DNA of 63,858 bases, the filler included, from Choristocarpus tenellus KU-1152 (taxonomy: Eukaryota; Protista; Phaeophyceae), in the NCBI GenBank assembly GCA_964200185.2. It is 15 parts of 15 records of this genome, joined end to end, with 100 filler letters (N's around TTAATTAATTAA, not from the genome) between each part and the next. Parts side by side here need not be neighbours in the genome. Positions count along the whole stretch, not along the records: positions 9,938 to 14,889 come from CAXNAD020012408.1; positions 14,990 to 18,341 come from CAXNAD020020611.1; positions 18,442 to 21,702 come from CAXNAD020021191.1; positions 21,803 to 25,463 come from CAXNAD020018660.1; 11 more parts are not named here. The stretch is one strand, 5' to 3'. Below the pieces are notes generated by a model. The model did not search any database. It had not been told where the DNA came from and saw only the letters and a program-made list of their open reading frames with translations. The position numbers and the translations under genes were made by a program. Positions 11,655 to 23,460 of the stretch are shown here, piece after piece (positions within the stretch are counted from its first letter, which is position 1; the number at the start of each line of letters is the position of its first letter).

Positions 11655-12738
11655 GTGAGTGAGAAGGTATGGCAATGATTTTATTGCGTTTCTGGGCATA
11701 CTACCATTCGAAGGTGTATTGGGAAGGAGGAAAGATTGAACACGCAACTTACATTTGTAGGTTGAGAATAGTAGGGTGCCGACTGTACATTATTTCAGTT
11801 CGTGGATGTGGAGGCTTCTGTGTGTCTCAAACTATAGTGCATATGTCTTGCCAGAGCTTAGGGTTAGGGTTAGTCAATGTCCCCCCACAAGACAGGTCCT
11901 AACCCTAACCCTAAAAGAGCACAATTATTGACTCAAGCTACGGCAGTCTCGAGGCATGACTTGTTTTTCACTCATGTATATACGTAGGGTCAATTTGGTT
12001 CCGAGTACCCGTTTCATTTTTCGTTTGCTCTGCCATCCATATGCTAACCCTAACCCTAACCCTAACCCTAACCTTTGTACATTGGACTCCTCTGCGCCAT
12101 TTGCCCAGTATCAGTAAACGAGTCTCTTGAGTGTGTCCTACATAATTAACCCTAACCCTGAATAGGAAGTTTTCTGTATGTAGAAGGTTGACCGGAATCA
12201 CCAATGTCCATAGTTGTAGTCTTGAGTTTAGAACATTGATCTATAGGTGAGAAATATTGTGCCATCTTAAAAGGTTTCTCCTATATTTTTCAACCATGCA
12301 GGGTCAATTTAAACGGCGCTACTATGCTCTTGGTTTTTGAAGATGTGAAGTTGCAATGTGACATAAATTCTCTCACCCCCTTGAGCTTCTTCCAAAGCAC
12401 TGTAGAACCACACACTACACTATGCTCTCAGTTACCTCTCAATTGTCACCCTTTGGGATATCTTATTAGTCATACAAGTAAGAACAGTAAATTGATGTAA
12501 TTGAATAATTTTATTCATTTTACATTTCAGTATGAAGAGTGTGTAGTCCATATTGATCAACTTAGGGTTAGGATTAGAGTAAGTACGGAACGAACAGCTA
12601 GTGGTTCATATCGATCAACTTAGGGTTAGGGCTAGGGTAAGTAGAGTATGAACAGTGAGAATTCAACATTGATCAACTCTATGTCAGGCATAAATGTTAC
12701 GATCTTTGACTGTGAAATCAACACCTATATATCGACAG

Positions 12739-12823
12739 GAATTTCATAAGCAAATTGCTTCTGAAGGAACCTGCCAATTGTCTAAATGCGGGACAGGCGC
12801 TGCTTCACCTTTGGTTTGAGAAG
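12739..12823 (+). CDS. CDPK exon, kinase subdomain XI
   Basis: CAG|(K)NFISKLLLKEPANCLNAGQALLHLWFEK|GTAGGA. Confidence 0.8.
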
Positions 12824-13442
12824 GTAGGACAATAGACAAGTTCTGCTATGGTTTTACCCTAACCCTAATGGTGTGCTGCTGCTGGTTGTGGGCAAAGTTC
12901 CAATATGTACTGGTATTTATCTTCCCTCGCAACCGTCCCTAACCCTAACCCTATCCCTAACCCTGAGTTTTTGAAAGTTCAGTTCACTGAAAATGTGGTT
13001 GTATTGCATGCGTGCGTTTTTGTCTCATCACGGTTCCCAAATCATCGCATGGGAGTTATTAATGAAGTAGGCGTTTAAGATGTAACGGGAAGTACCGAGT
13101 ACCAGACTAGGACTATGTTCTTCCACATTCCCCATTGGACAAGTGAAAATCTCGTGTGAACTAGAATTGATACGTGAAAGTTTCCAATTTTGGTCTTTAA
13201 CTCGGTATGACCAAATTATGTGTAAGTCAACAAAATGGTCAAGCAAATACTACATGAATACGTTTGTGGTGTCATAGAACCCATATCCAGAATGTTCTTT
13301 ACTCTTTTGTACCCATATACTTGACCCTAACCCCAACCCAAGGAAGAACACGGTTCTAATATTGGCTAGGATTATATCATTATATCCTTGTACCTTTTCC
13401 ACCCTATCCCTATCCCTTTCCCTATCCCTATCCCTATCCCAG

Positions 13443-13565
13443 GAGGTGGATGAAGCAGACACAGCTGAGAACAGGCGAGCTAGAGCTATTCGACTCAATA
13501 ATCATCTTCGCCGCTTTGCAGAGGCCAATGCAATGAAAAGGTTAGCCCTAAATGTAATCGCCAAG
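13443..13565 (+). CDS. CDPK exon, autoinhibitory junction
   Basis: CAG|EVDE..LRRFAEANAMKRLALNVIAK|GTAGTT, the CDPK junction motif. Confidence 0.85.
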
Positions 13566-14014
13566 GTAGTTTGACCACGATTCCTTAAGGTCGTTCAGTC
13601 ATTTCGTTTGATTTCTGCTTCTATGCCACCGTATTCCAAGCCAACATACACATCTGGCAAGTTCATTTAGATCTAAAGAATCTTGGATTCTTCCTTTGAA
13701 GTCCTTCCACACAATATTTTTTTTGGACGCATGTACTGTGAAAATGTTGTTGCCAGAATGAGCAGTAAATTATTCAACCAGAAGGCTCCTTGATATACTC
13801 ATGCCTGGAAGTGGCAGCCAACAATAAAAAAGTTTGTACATTGACATGCACCCTGTGAGCACTTTAGATTCATTACCACGAGAAACATACAGCAAGTCGC
13901 ATTAACGCTTGGGTAAGATTGTTCATGGGACATCCAGGCAGGTGTTCATCTCCTGCTACTGTTTAGATGCCGATGTGTTACCATCATTAAGAGCTTTGTT
14001 TCGAGTCTTCTGCT

Positions 14015-14193
14015 GACCCAAAGTATCTGGGAGGTGGGGGGGGGGCTACACTAGGGTATCCATTTGGGTCAAAATCAGGAAAGGTGCATTGGCAGTGACC
14101 ATCCGACGTATGCAACCAAATCACCCAAAAATAGAAACATGAAAAATTGACCCCAAATGGACAGTCGCCACCCCCTCCCAGATACTTTGAGTC
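14015..14193 (+). mobile_element. MITE family B, full copy in a CDPK intron
   Basis: GACCCAAAGTATCTGGG...CCCAGATACTTTGAGTC. Flanks are TGCT/TGCA (3 of 4 bases match). Confidence 0.9.
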
Positions 14194-14543
14194 TGCATTT
14201 TGGCATCAACTAGCTCATAGTATGGGGGGTCGGGGAGCATTCAAGTTGGTCTTGTCAACTTCAGAGATTAGTACTGCCTCGTGTGTTCTCCCATTGTTTT
14301 GGTTGCCCAAATATGATTGAGTTGAATAACCCTAACCTTACTATTGGAAAGTTGGAATAGTGAAAATGTTGTGGGACTAGCTTGATGGAAAATCGATTGA
14401 CACCTTTACACAGGAACACCTTGAACATTATCGGTCACTTCAAAATATACTCTCAGTTGAAGGGTGTTAGCAATACTCACAACCAAATTCCTAACCCAAG
14501 GATAATATTATCAAGTTCAAGCATTCACTACATATTGTGACAG

Positions 14544-14666
14544 GTGCTAGTACAAGAAGGTGCAGTGGGCATGCAATCAGAGCTACTGGAGCTCCTACAT
14601 GCTGTGGATATGGATGACAACCAACGATTGGATTACAATGAATTCCTTGCTGCTGCGCTGGACAAT
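14544..14666 (+). CDS. CDPK exon, EF-hand
   Basis: CAG|VLVQEG..LLHAVDMDDNQRLDYNEFLAAALDN|GTGAGC. Confidence 0.85.
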
Positions 14667-14698
14667 GTGAGCAAGGACACCAGTATATTTCTGAATTC

Positions 14699-14883
14699 GA
14701 CCCAAAGTATCTGGGGGAGGAGGGTGAGGGCCTACACCAGGGTGTCCATTTGGGTCATAACCAGGAAAAGTGCACTTACATTATCCATCCGACGTATGCA
14801 ACCAAATCACCAAAAAATCGCGACATGAAAAAAATGGCCCCAAATGGACAGTCGTCACCCCCCCCCCCCAAACACTTTGACCC
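14699..14883 (+). mobile_element. MITE family B copy at contig end
   Basis: GACCCAAAGTATCTGGGG...AACACTTTGACCC. Confidence 0.85.
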
Positions 14884-15184
14884 TTTTGTNNNNNNNNNNN
14901 NNNNNNNNNNNNNNNNNNNNNNNNNNNNNNNNNTTAATTAATTAANNNNNNNNNNNNNNNNNNNNNNNNNNNNNNNNNNNNNNNNNNNNCGAGATATGGT
15001 TTGTTGCGATCTGCCCCTCCCCCTCACCCTGTCAGATACGCCGATCTACATTTATCTATTTTCTCGGGCAAGTTGTTGGACTTGTCATGGTGTTTTCGGG
15101 CAACAGGCGGTCTTGGGCAGTGAGAAGGTCTAGGAGTGATTAGATTCGAAGCCGGGCGTATGAACTTTGTTTGAGCTCGGCGCG

Positions 15185-15510
15185 ATCCATTGGACCACCC
15201 TGAGATCCGTGATCCTGAAAATCCGTGCATTACGGTCTTAGGCAGTTGTAAATCTTATTATATCCGTACTTACAAATTGTTTAAAATACAAAGCACATAC
15301 CTCATTGATCTTGTAAGTTTCCAACGTCCGAAACCAACTTTTTTAGAGCACTTGGCTATCCATGGGACCACCCTGAGATCCATGATCCTGAAAAACGGTG
15401 TATTACGTTTTTATGAACTTGTAAATCGGATTATATCCGTACTTACAAATTGTTTAAGATACCAATCACATAATTAATTGTTATTGTATATTTCCAATGT
15501 ACAGTAACCA
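15185..15510 (+). repeat. Two diverged direct repeats, period ~173 bp
   Basis: ATCCAT(T/G)GGACCACCCTGAGATCC..TTATATCCGTACTTACAAATTGTTTAA starts at 15185 and at 15358. Confidence 0.9.
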
Positions 15511-15972
15511 AAACGTCAAAAAACAACTCTAACCCTCTATGTATTTGAAGTACAAAATCTTACCAAATCGGACATATCGATTGTCATAAACTATAGAGTC
15601 GATAAGAAGTGCTTCTTTGGTTAAGAGTGATTACCACTAATCACGAATAACCAAAGATACACTTTACACGTGCGTCAGTGTTTTATTAAATAGTAAATCC
15701 ACTACAAAACCGTTTTTAGGGCTTTAAAAAATACCAAGAACGCAATTTATGGGTCTCACACGTTTCCAATTTTCAGAAACTAAAAGAAGTGCTTCCAACT
15801 GGTACCCACTATTTAATTTAATACTAAATCCGCTTCTTGGTGTCTTTAGTATTTAAATAAACAGTGGGTACTACAAAAAAGCGGATCTATGGTATTCAAG
15901 ATTAGCGCTAATCTTGATTACCGTTGAACACCCAAAACACGTGCGTTAGGGTTTCTACAAAATTAGAATGAT

Positions 15973-16434
15973 ATCTTTACATCAACAAATACAATTACAA
16001 ACCGCATCCTTCATTGATCCAATACGTTTGAAAGGTACGAAACGAAAAGGTCACAAAAAACTGTTACTCTCTTTCTCTTTCCAATATGAAATCGTATGCT
16101 GTTCGATATTCGAATTTTTTGTAACACAATTGTTAAGGGAAAGACAAATCTGAGTTTTGAGGACCAACCGACCAGATGAAATAAAGCAGCACCGAAATAA
16201 TAATAATATTCTAATCTTTACATCAACAAATACAATTACAAACCACATCCATCATTGATCCAATACGTTTGAAAGGTATGAAACGAAAAGGTCACAAAAA
16301 ACTGTTACTCTCTGTGTCTTTCCAATATGAAATCGTATGCTGTTCGATATTAGTATTTTTTCTAACACAATTGTCAAGGGAAAGACAAGTCTGAGTTTTG
16401 AGGACCGAATGACCAGATGAAATAAAGCAGCACC
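15973..16434 (+). repeat. Two near-identical direct repeats, period ~241 bp
   Basis: ATCTTTACATCAACAAATAC...GAAATAAAGCAGCACC at 15973-16193 and 16214-16434. Confidence 0.95.
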
Positions 16435-16531
16435 TCCCTTCCCTCAGTCCTCATTTCAATTCATTCCCTTCAGTACATACCACGCGCACCTGTTATTTAC
16501 CGATCCCCAACACACCCTCCCAACCTTCGCC

Positions 16532-16978
16532 ATGTCCAGCATTCGCTCAACAACAACCCACCCGCCCGCCGATGGCGCTGCCCATGGATCGAGAACGTGG
16601 GACAGCGATCTGAAGGGCATGTCCTCGCTCCTAGAACATTGCTACCTCGGCACGTACCGGATGAAACTCGGTAACATCACATACACGGAGATGGTGCGTC
16701 CACTGAGCGAGCGTGGCCTTGTGCACGTCAGCAAGTCTATCCATGAGAAAGGCTGGCTAGAGCAGTTTGCTCCATCTGTGGTAATCCAGCGAGACCCTTT
16801 AGGTAATGGGGACCCGCTCACCGCCGAAACCGCGCTTGCCATTCAAGGACATACACTGGACGGAAACCATACAATAACGGTGCTGAAGAGAGAGTTTGAT
16901 CCCGAACGCGATTTCATGATGCGGGTCTATATGGATTTCAACCAAGCAGAAGAGAGGCTAATTGCCAATGGTGGGTGA
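16532..16978 (+). CDS. ParB/Sulfiredoxin-fold domain protein (probably first exon, donor at 16971)
   Basis: VRPLSERGLVHVSKSIHEKGW...PSVVI...LDGNHTITVLK fits the ParB-N pattern R..s...v..l..SI...G...P..V..DGxHR..l. The Thr codon ACA is one change from AGA (Arg). G|GTGGGT is a donor-like site. Confidence 0.65.
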   Translation: MSSIRSTTTHPPADGAAHGSRTWDSDLKGMSSLLEHCYLGTYRMKLGNITYTEMVRPLSERGLVHVSKSIHEKGWLEQFAPSVVIQRDPLGNGDPLTAETALAIQGHTLDGNHTITVLKREFDPERDFMMRVYMDFNQAEERLIANGG

Positions 16979-17593
16979 TGGAGTGTTGTCGTTGTTCCAT
17001 GATCGCCTAATGACTCTTCTGATCTACCAAGTTGTTGCTGTGTTTCCTTTGTTTGGTTCATCGTCAGTCAGCCCATTGTTGATCTTTTTTATCCCTCGTG
17101 GTCTTTCTGTCGACAGCAACATGTTGCTCACTACTGCCTGCTGCGTGTGTCCCGCGACCGCATCCCACCTACCCCTTGCCCCGTTCGCCCACTGCGATGT
17201 GTTACTAGTCCAACAACTTGCCCTAGAAAGTGGATAAATGAAGATCGGCGAATCTGACAGGGTGGGGGTGGGGGGGCAGATCGCAACTAACAATATCTCA
17301 GGCACAACTGAAATATTCGTACAAAGAGGTCGATCATCATATAATGTCAATACTTATATGCGCTCAGTGGTAGCTTCTGTCAGAATAGTATCATCACCGT
17401 CATCCCAACAAAGTGGACCTGCACCTTTGACACAAATGGAAGTCGGAGGCTTAGGAGACATGAGATATGGTACGATCGATAACAAGCAAGAAGATACTTT
17501 GGGTACCTGTGGTATGCCATGCCGAATATTGAGCAGTGGGAACCTGGGACAAGATGACGGAGTTAATCGAGGCAATGCAGCCGGAGCTGCAAT

Positions 17594-17594
<1 letters not shown>

Positions 17595-17641
<47 letters not shown>

Positions 17642-17654
17642 TCTGAGTCTGAGC
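17595..17654 (+). repeat. (CTGAGY)10 microsatellite
   Basis: Read directly from the sequence. Confidence 0.95.
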
Positions 17655-18029
17655 CACAAGAATCTGCCTAGGGACCTAGAGCAGTCGTCACAACACTTGT
17701 CCCTGAAGGGGGCATGCCCATCGATTGGAGACCCCAAGATTCTTGCTTACGGAATGAGAAAAGCAATTACTGTATCCGCCACTAGGGGAGCAGGGCATTA
17801 GCAGGAGCAGTACCTAAGCCTCCACCAGAAAGGAAAGGAGGAGCGAACCGTGGGGAGCCTGGGAGCACTCTAGCCGCTGGGATCATAAACTCATGGAAGA
17901 GAACACAGAAGGTCAACGGAAGAGGCGGCCAAGGTACAACTGGTCAACTTACGGACCATAATACAACAAAGATCAGGACCAACAGAAGACGTTTAAACTG
18001 TGGTCTGATCAAGCATATTGGTCCTTGTT

Positions 18030-18341
18030 CTTTTGAAGGAATATGCTACAACTGTGGAGGTAAAGGAAACCTTCAGATCGTTTGTCTCCAGAGGAGAGCG
18101 ACAACGTCTTACAGGCGGAGGAATTAGCTGGACCAGGGTTGGAGCCAGAAAAGAAACCCAGAGGAAGCTTGTCAGCAAAGGACTGCCTGTACAAGACTTG
18201 TATGTCTTGGAAGCAAATATTATCTACTCCAGACCATCAAGAACCATCTTCCATATCAGAGGCACCCTGGCGAGGAAGGTTGTTAGCAAAGGACTTCACT
18301 CAACAAGAGGATGTACAAGACATTCAATTATGATAGGCTTC
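18030..18341 (+). mobile_element. LTR-retrotransposon gag zinc knuckle / pre-protease remnant (Gypsy-like)
   Basis: FEGICYNCGGKGNLQIVC (degenerate CX2CX4HX4C), followed in another frame by TIFHIRGTLA. Confidence 0.5.
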
Positions 18342-19377
18342 NNNNNNNNNNNNNNNNNNNNNNNNNNNNNNNNNNNNNNNNNNNNTTAATTAATTAANNN
18401 NNNNNNNNNNNNNNNNNNNNNNNNNNNNNNNNNNNNNNNNNCCAACGGTAAATGATGATAAGAGATCCTAAAAACGGCTTCAAACGGCTCAGTTCTTCTG
18501 ACCCAGAGGGCCCCACTTATTCAGTTTTTCTCTTTCTGATACCGACTATATAATTTCATTGTGCTACTTGAGATTCACCTGAGAGTACTATTGTTCTGCT
18601 GAGCTGACGTGCGTTAATCTGTGAATTGGATTTGACTTGTACATCCTGGAAGGTGAGCATTAAGGGGCGCCTGTAACATGTCAAGAGATTCTTAGCCCTG
18701 GATACGGTATACTTGGCCTTGATCCCCTCGATCATTTCATCCTTTGTTGTGTCGTTGGGGGTGATGAGCCCAAGAGGAGAGGACAGTGCCTTCGGCACGG
18801 CAGGTGACGACAGGGATTGTGCAACGTTAGTTGGGCGACATGTTACTGAAATTACTGTGCTTCTTCCGAAAAATATATGGGGGCCAAAGTGACCTGTCCA
18901 ATATTACAACAATGAGGATATTATCATTGTATATGGCATAAGGTGCTATTGGGTTTCCCATACATAACCACACCTCACACACCTTGATCTCGTTGGAGGT
19001 CTTTCAATCTAGGTCCCCCTCCACAATCGTGGTGTATGCGTAGACAAACTCATTCCATGTTACCACGGTACTGTGGGCGTTGATCAGACAAGGGCCCTTC
19101 CACATGGGAGGCTTATGTCCACTCGCATATATTGCATGTACCTTCCACACAAGAAGTTCTATAACCACCTTCTGAATCACCCGTGGACTGCTCACCGCGG
19201 GGCTACAGGATGGTCCTCTCACACCCGGGCAGTCAGTTTTGAATCGTAGTGGGGGGTTTCATTTACGTCCCGATTTAGACATTATATGGTATTGTATATT
19301 TGAAGGCCAGTGGCTATTTGCAGATGTTTACACATGGACATGTAAAACGTGGATTGGAGAGCTGTTACTTTGTGAAT

Positions 19378-19639
19378 GAGTGAAAGCATCTTAGAAGAGG
19401 GTACGAGTTTTCCGTGTTTGTCCATTTTGGTGCTTGGCTTCCCATGGGTTTTTAATATCATTTTACCTACTCCAAAATGTTTCAGAGTAGGTAAGATATG
19501 TACGTTATGAAAAGGTGTGTCTGGAACAAGGATATTGGCATCTCCTAACAAACACGACAGCCAGAATTGCATCAAAATTCCAACATTGGATTTTGGATTT
19601 CAAATGGACACGGCTCTATCCTCAAAGATGCTTCGACTC
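19378..19639 (+). mobile_element. MITE family A, TSD GAAT
   Basis: GAGTGAAAGCATCTTAG...AAGATGCTTCGACTC, with GAAT on both flanks. Confidence 0.9.
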
Positions 19640-20644
19640 GAATGAAGAAAATAGGTTATGCCTCAAATTGGTTATAGTCGTAAATGTAATGATGTATTGA
19701 TATGTAATTCAAGAATCCTTATCAAACGGGAAAGAAAGTTCAGAGCTTGCCGAAGATACTCTGTGCCACGCCTGACAACGGCATGATAGTGGAGGGGAAG
19801 AATTCGAATTGCGTACACACGCTTCATAAATATATGTAGCACATTAACATAAACAATTCCACATGAATTCAATAGTAAGTTCATTATATATCTTTCTAAG
19901 CCCATTCATGTAGTGGAGTTCTTATCACCCCAGTAACAAACACACACCAGAAACGTGACCATCCCTTTTCCCGACATCTATTCCTCCCATTGCTCCAGAG
20001 TCAAGGCGTTCGACCTTCGTTGTTATTGCGCAAGACAGCACCCTTCCCATGGTGCATGATACGAAAGATGCTGTGAGCAAAAAGAAGCATGCTGATACCA
20101 CTCCTTTTTCTAACCTCCTGGTCCAGCAGGGGGGAGGGGTAATAACCTGCACTTTCCTAGGGGGGAACCGCGACCCCAAACGTTTGCAAGACCTCTCTGA
20201 GAAACTCTCCAAAGCTTGGGCTGAGTTTGAGGCAGAAGAAAAGTGAATTGGGGAAAGCAACAGGGGACAGTGCTGCGCTCTAAACACCCGTAGGCCAGTC
20301 CAGGTCTCCACTCCAAAACGGTATGATGACGACAGCGATTTGGTTCGAAGTGAGTTAGCTTCGGGATTTAGCGGGTGTGACGAAGATTCCATAGAGGAGG
20401 AAATGCCTGAAACCCTGACAGGATCCATGCTTCCGGCAACACATAGCGCTGAGCCAGTCACGGATGAGGACAGCTATGACGGGTCTGGCGAAGGTGAAGA
20501 GGGTGGTGTGGAGGAGGTCAATCTATATTATCGATCACCTCCTGGTAAGAGGAAAAAGTCTTCCGGGGGGGGGTTGAGAGGGACCGTGAGGGTACAAACA
20601 GGGTTGGTGGTTCGGGATCTATACAGACCTCAGGTTCTGAAATA

Positions 20645-20790
20645 GAGTGAAAGCATCTTAGAGGGTACGAGTCTTGTCCTGTCTGTCCATTTGGGGTTTG
20701 GCTTCCCATGGGGTTTTGATGACATTTTCCCTACTCTAAAATATTTCGGAGTAGTAGGAAAAATGTATAAGTTATGAAAAGGTGTGTCCG
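20645..20790 (+). mobile_element. MITE family A, truncated
   Basis: GAGTGAAAGCATCTTAGAGGGTACGAG...GAAAAGGTGTGTCCG. Confidence 0.85.
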
Positions 20791-21803
20791 GTATACTCGT
20801 CCCCAATCGCAAGGGGAAGAGAATGCCTGTAACCCCCCCGGTAATCTTACCCGATATTATTTCCTCTTCAGTACGTAGCAGTAGAGAGACAGCCAATAAC
20901 AAAGCATCGGACATAAAGGGAAGTGCTGCAGGATTTGCGGATAGTGATGATGAGCTGCTATATCAATGATAGCCCCAATGCCACACGATGACTACAAACT
21001 CTTCGCCTGGGGATACGGACAGATATTACAGGTGTTCGACATCCGGTCTTATGAGTATGGAAGCCGATTCAAGAATAGATGGAAAATGTGGTGAGTTGCC
21101 CAGGCCTTTGCAGGCCTAGGGATCGCAGCTATCCACAGCTTCTTCACATGTCCCGGGCTGGAGATTCGAACTCAATGGAGTGCAGGTGGTGTGAACCTCA
21201 TCCATGGTCAACACACTCAAGAGTGACCATGATAGAGTACACCTCGAGGGAGCCCACAGTGGAGGTAGAGCAATGCCTGCGGAAGGACTCCAAGGTACCT
21301 CGAGGGCAGGTTATCCTTAGAAAGGTCAGTACTTCACCGCCTCTACTCTTGTTGTGTGTGTGATCTTCATTTCACCCAACAATATAATCTGTCATGATCT
21401 GATCACAAACCTGAAGAGTGTATGCCAAAATAAATGTTTACAATTGCTGACAGAAACATGATGTTACACTTTTCGCGAAGGGGAATCATGTGAGGCTCAT
21501 AACCTGTTGAAACCTGAATGAAATGCATCGTACATGTAAGAAAAATGCGTAGACTACTAGCGATGGGGAATCATGGTGTTGCAAAGCACCGATGAGAGAT
21601 ATGCGTAGTCTATGTTATGTATAGGCGTGATTGCGCTGCAAAGCACCGATGCATTTATTCTGTTGTAGCTGAGGTCATTGATCTCTCAGTCAAGAATTAT
21701 GCNNNNNNNNNNNNNNNNNNNNNNNNNNNNNNNNNNNNNNNNNNNNTTAATTAATTAANNNNNNNNNNNNNNNNNNNNNNNNNNNNNNNNNNNNNNNNNN
21801 NNT

Positions 21804-21847
<44 letters not shown>

Positions 21848-22554
21848 GTTTTTTCCCCCCCCCCCCCCCCCTCCCTCCCTCCCTCCCTCTCAGTTTCTCA
21901 TCTCTGAGGATATTTATCTCTCCCTCTATTTATGTATTGAAAGAGAAGTAGAGCCTGTAGACAGGGTTACTGGTTGTCTGTTATGATTGTGATGTGGAGT
22001 GTACTGCCAGTATCAGTGAGAAGACTCTGTTGGTCACGTGGTATGCTATTGGTTGTATTTTGAGATATTCATTGCAGAAGGGGCCTCGTTCACCATCAAA
22101 TTGTCAATCAGTAAGAGAGGTACGCCTCCAAAGCTAAAGAAGATGCAGGGGCGCTTCCTTCCTGAATGTATGTATGTGTATGTATGTACGATTGATTGTC
22201 TTTCTGAGGTACTATGTTATGCACACACAATTCTGTACTTCTAATTTCAAGTAGGAATTAGTATTATTGATATATTTTTTGTTTAAAGAGGTGAACATAT
22301 TTGAGTTCCAAGAGGTGTAGAAGTTTGAGAGGTTTTTATGTATTATGCAGTGATACTTATTGGGTGTATCATAAGGTTGTGATATCTTTGTATTATGAGA
22401 GTTTTGAAGACCCAACATGAGTAACTACATTATGGTAATCTAATGTATCTTTTTTCTGACCCTCCCACGAAACAGCATGGATTTTATTCAGAATGGTAGT
22501 GAAAATAATTATAATAGGAATAACAACGGTATTTATATTAATTATATGATTAAA

Positions 22555-22599
22555 CCTTTACTACTACTACTAATACTGCTACTAGTACTATTTCTACTA

Positions 22600-22636
<37 letters not shown>

Positions 22637-22650
22637 CACTTCTACTACTG
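22555..22650 (+). repeat. (CTA)n microsatellite
   Basis: Read directly from the sequence. Confidence 0.9.
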
Positions 22651-22720
22651 GTACTACAACAGTTAATATCCCCTCTCACACTTCCACATACATCACACAT
22701 GCGACCTGATCTTGATTCAG

Positions 22721-22835
22721 GCAGTCTTCCCTAATCTGGAGTCCAGACTAGATGTGCGCATGATAGGTACACCGTTGACTCACCAGAGGTTCCTTAGAAG
22801 GGACAGGGGAACTTATGGACCAGAGATCATGGCTG
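22721..22835 (+). CDS. Carotenoid isomerase-like (CRTISO/CrtH family FAD oxidoreductase), penultimate exon
   Basis: CAG|AVFPNLESRLDVRMIGTPLTHQRFLRRDRGTYGPEIMA-G|GTGAGA. Confidence 0.88.
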
Positions 22836-23134
22836 GTGAGACTGACAGTTTGATCTTTATCCATACATATACGTACATTCACTCACATACATACACATGT
22901 AAATATGATTTTGATAGGATGGCGTCATCACATTTTTTTGTTTTTTTTGTTGGTAAGAATTTTCCAGGAAAAAAAGATGAGTTGTCAAATTTGTGCGTGA
23001 CACACTTACATGGTCTCTCCACACCACAGTACAGCAGAAACCTCACAATAAAAATAACAATAATAATAATAATCATAATCATCATCATCATCGTACTACT
23101 AATAAGAGGATGTGTATTCATTGTTTCTGAATAT

Positions 23135-23460
23135 GGTACTAAAACACTACGTTATGGATAGTTGATACTAAAACATTACATCATTGATATTTGATACTAA
23201 AACATTACATCATTATATTTGATACTAAAACATCACATCATTGATATTTTATACTAAAAAATCACATCATTGATATTTTATACTAAAAAATCACATCATT
23301 GATATTTTATACTAAAACATTACATCATTGATATTTGATACTAAAACATTAAATCTTTGATATTTTATACTAAAACATTACATCATTGATATTTTATACT
23401 AAAACACTACATTATTTTTATTTGATACTAAAATATTACGTTTTTGATATTTGATATTAA
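23135..23460 (+). repeat. Intronic minisatellite, ~29-bp unit, ~11 copies
   Basis: TTGATACTAAAACATTACATCATTGATAT repeated with variants. Confidence 0.92.

Larger units (their letters stand above)
14991..17299 (+). mobile_element. Non-autonomous TIR DNA transposon (~2.3 kb) carrying a ParB/Srx-like ORF
   Basis: 14991-15082 is the reverse complement of 17207-17299, with about 10 differences over ~92 bp. Termini are GAG...CTC. The right flank is AGGC and the single visible left-flank base is C, consistent with a 4-bp TSD. Confidence 0.85.

Noticed and set aside
12045-12072. True chromosome telomere
   Set aside because: The CCCTAA/TTAGGG runs are short, intronic, present in both orientations and not at contig ends.
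17238-17801. 187-aa ORF and antisense ORFs with SL/LR/AQ repeats
   Set aside because: The ORF starts inside the right TIR and is kept open by the CTGAGC microsatellite. No domain recognised.
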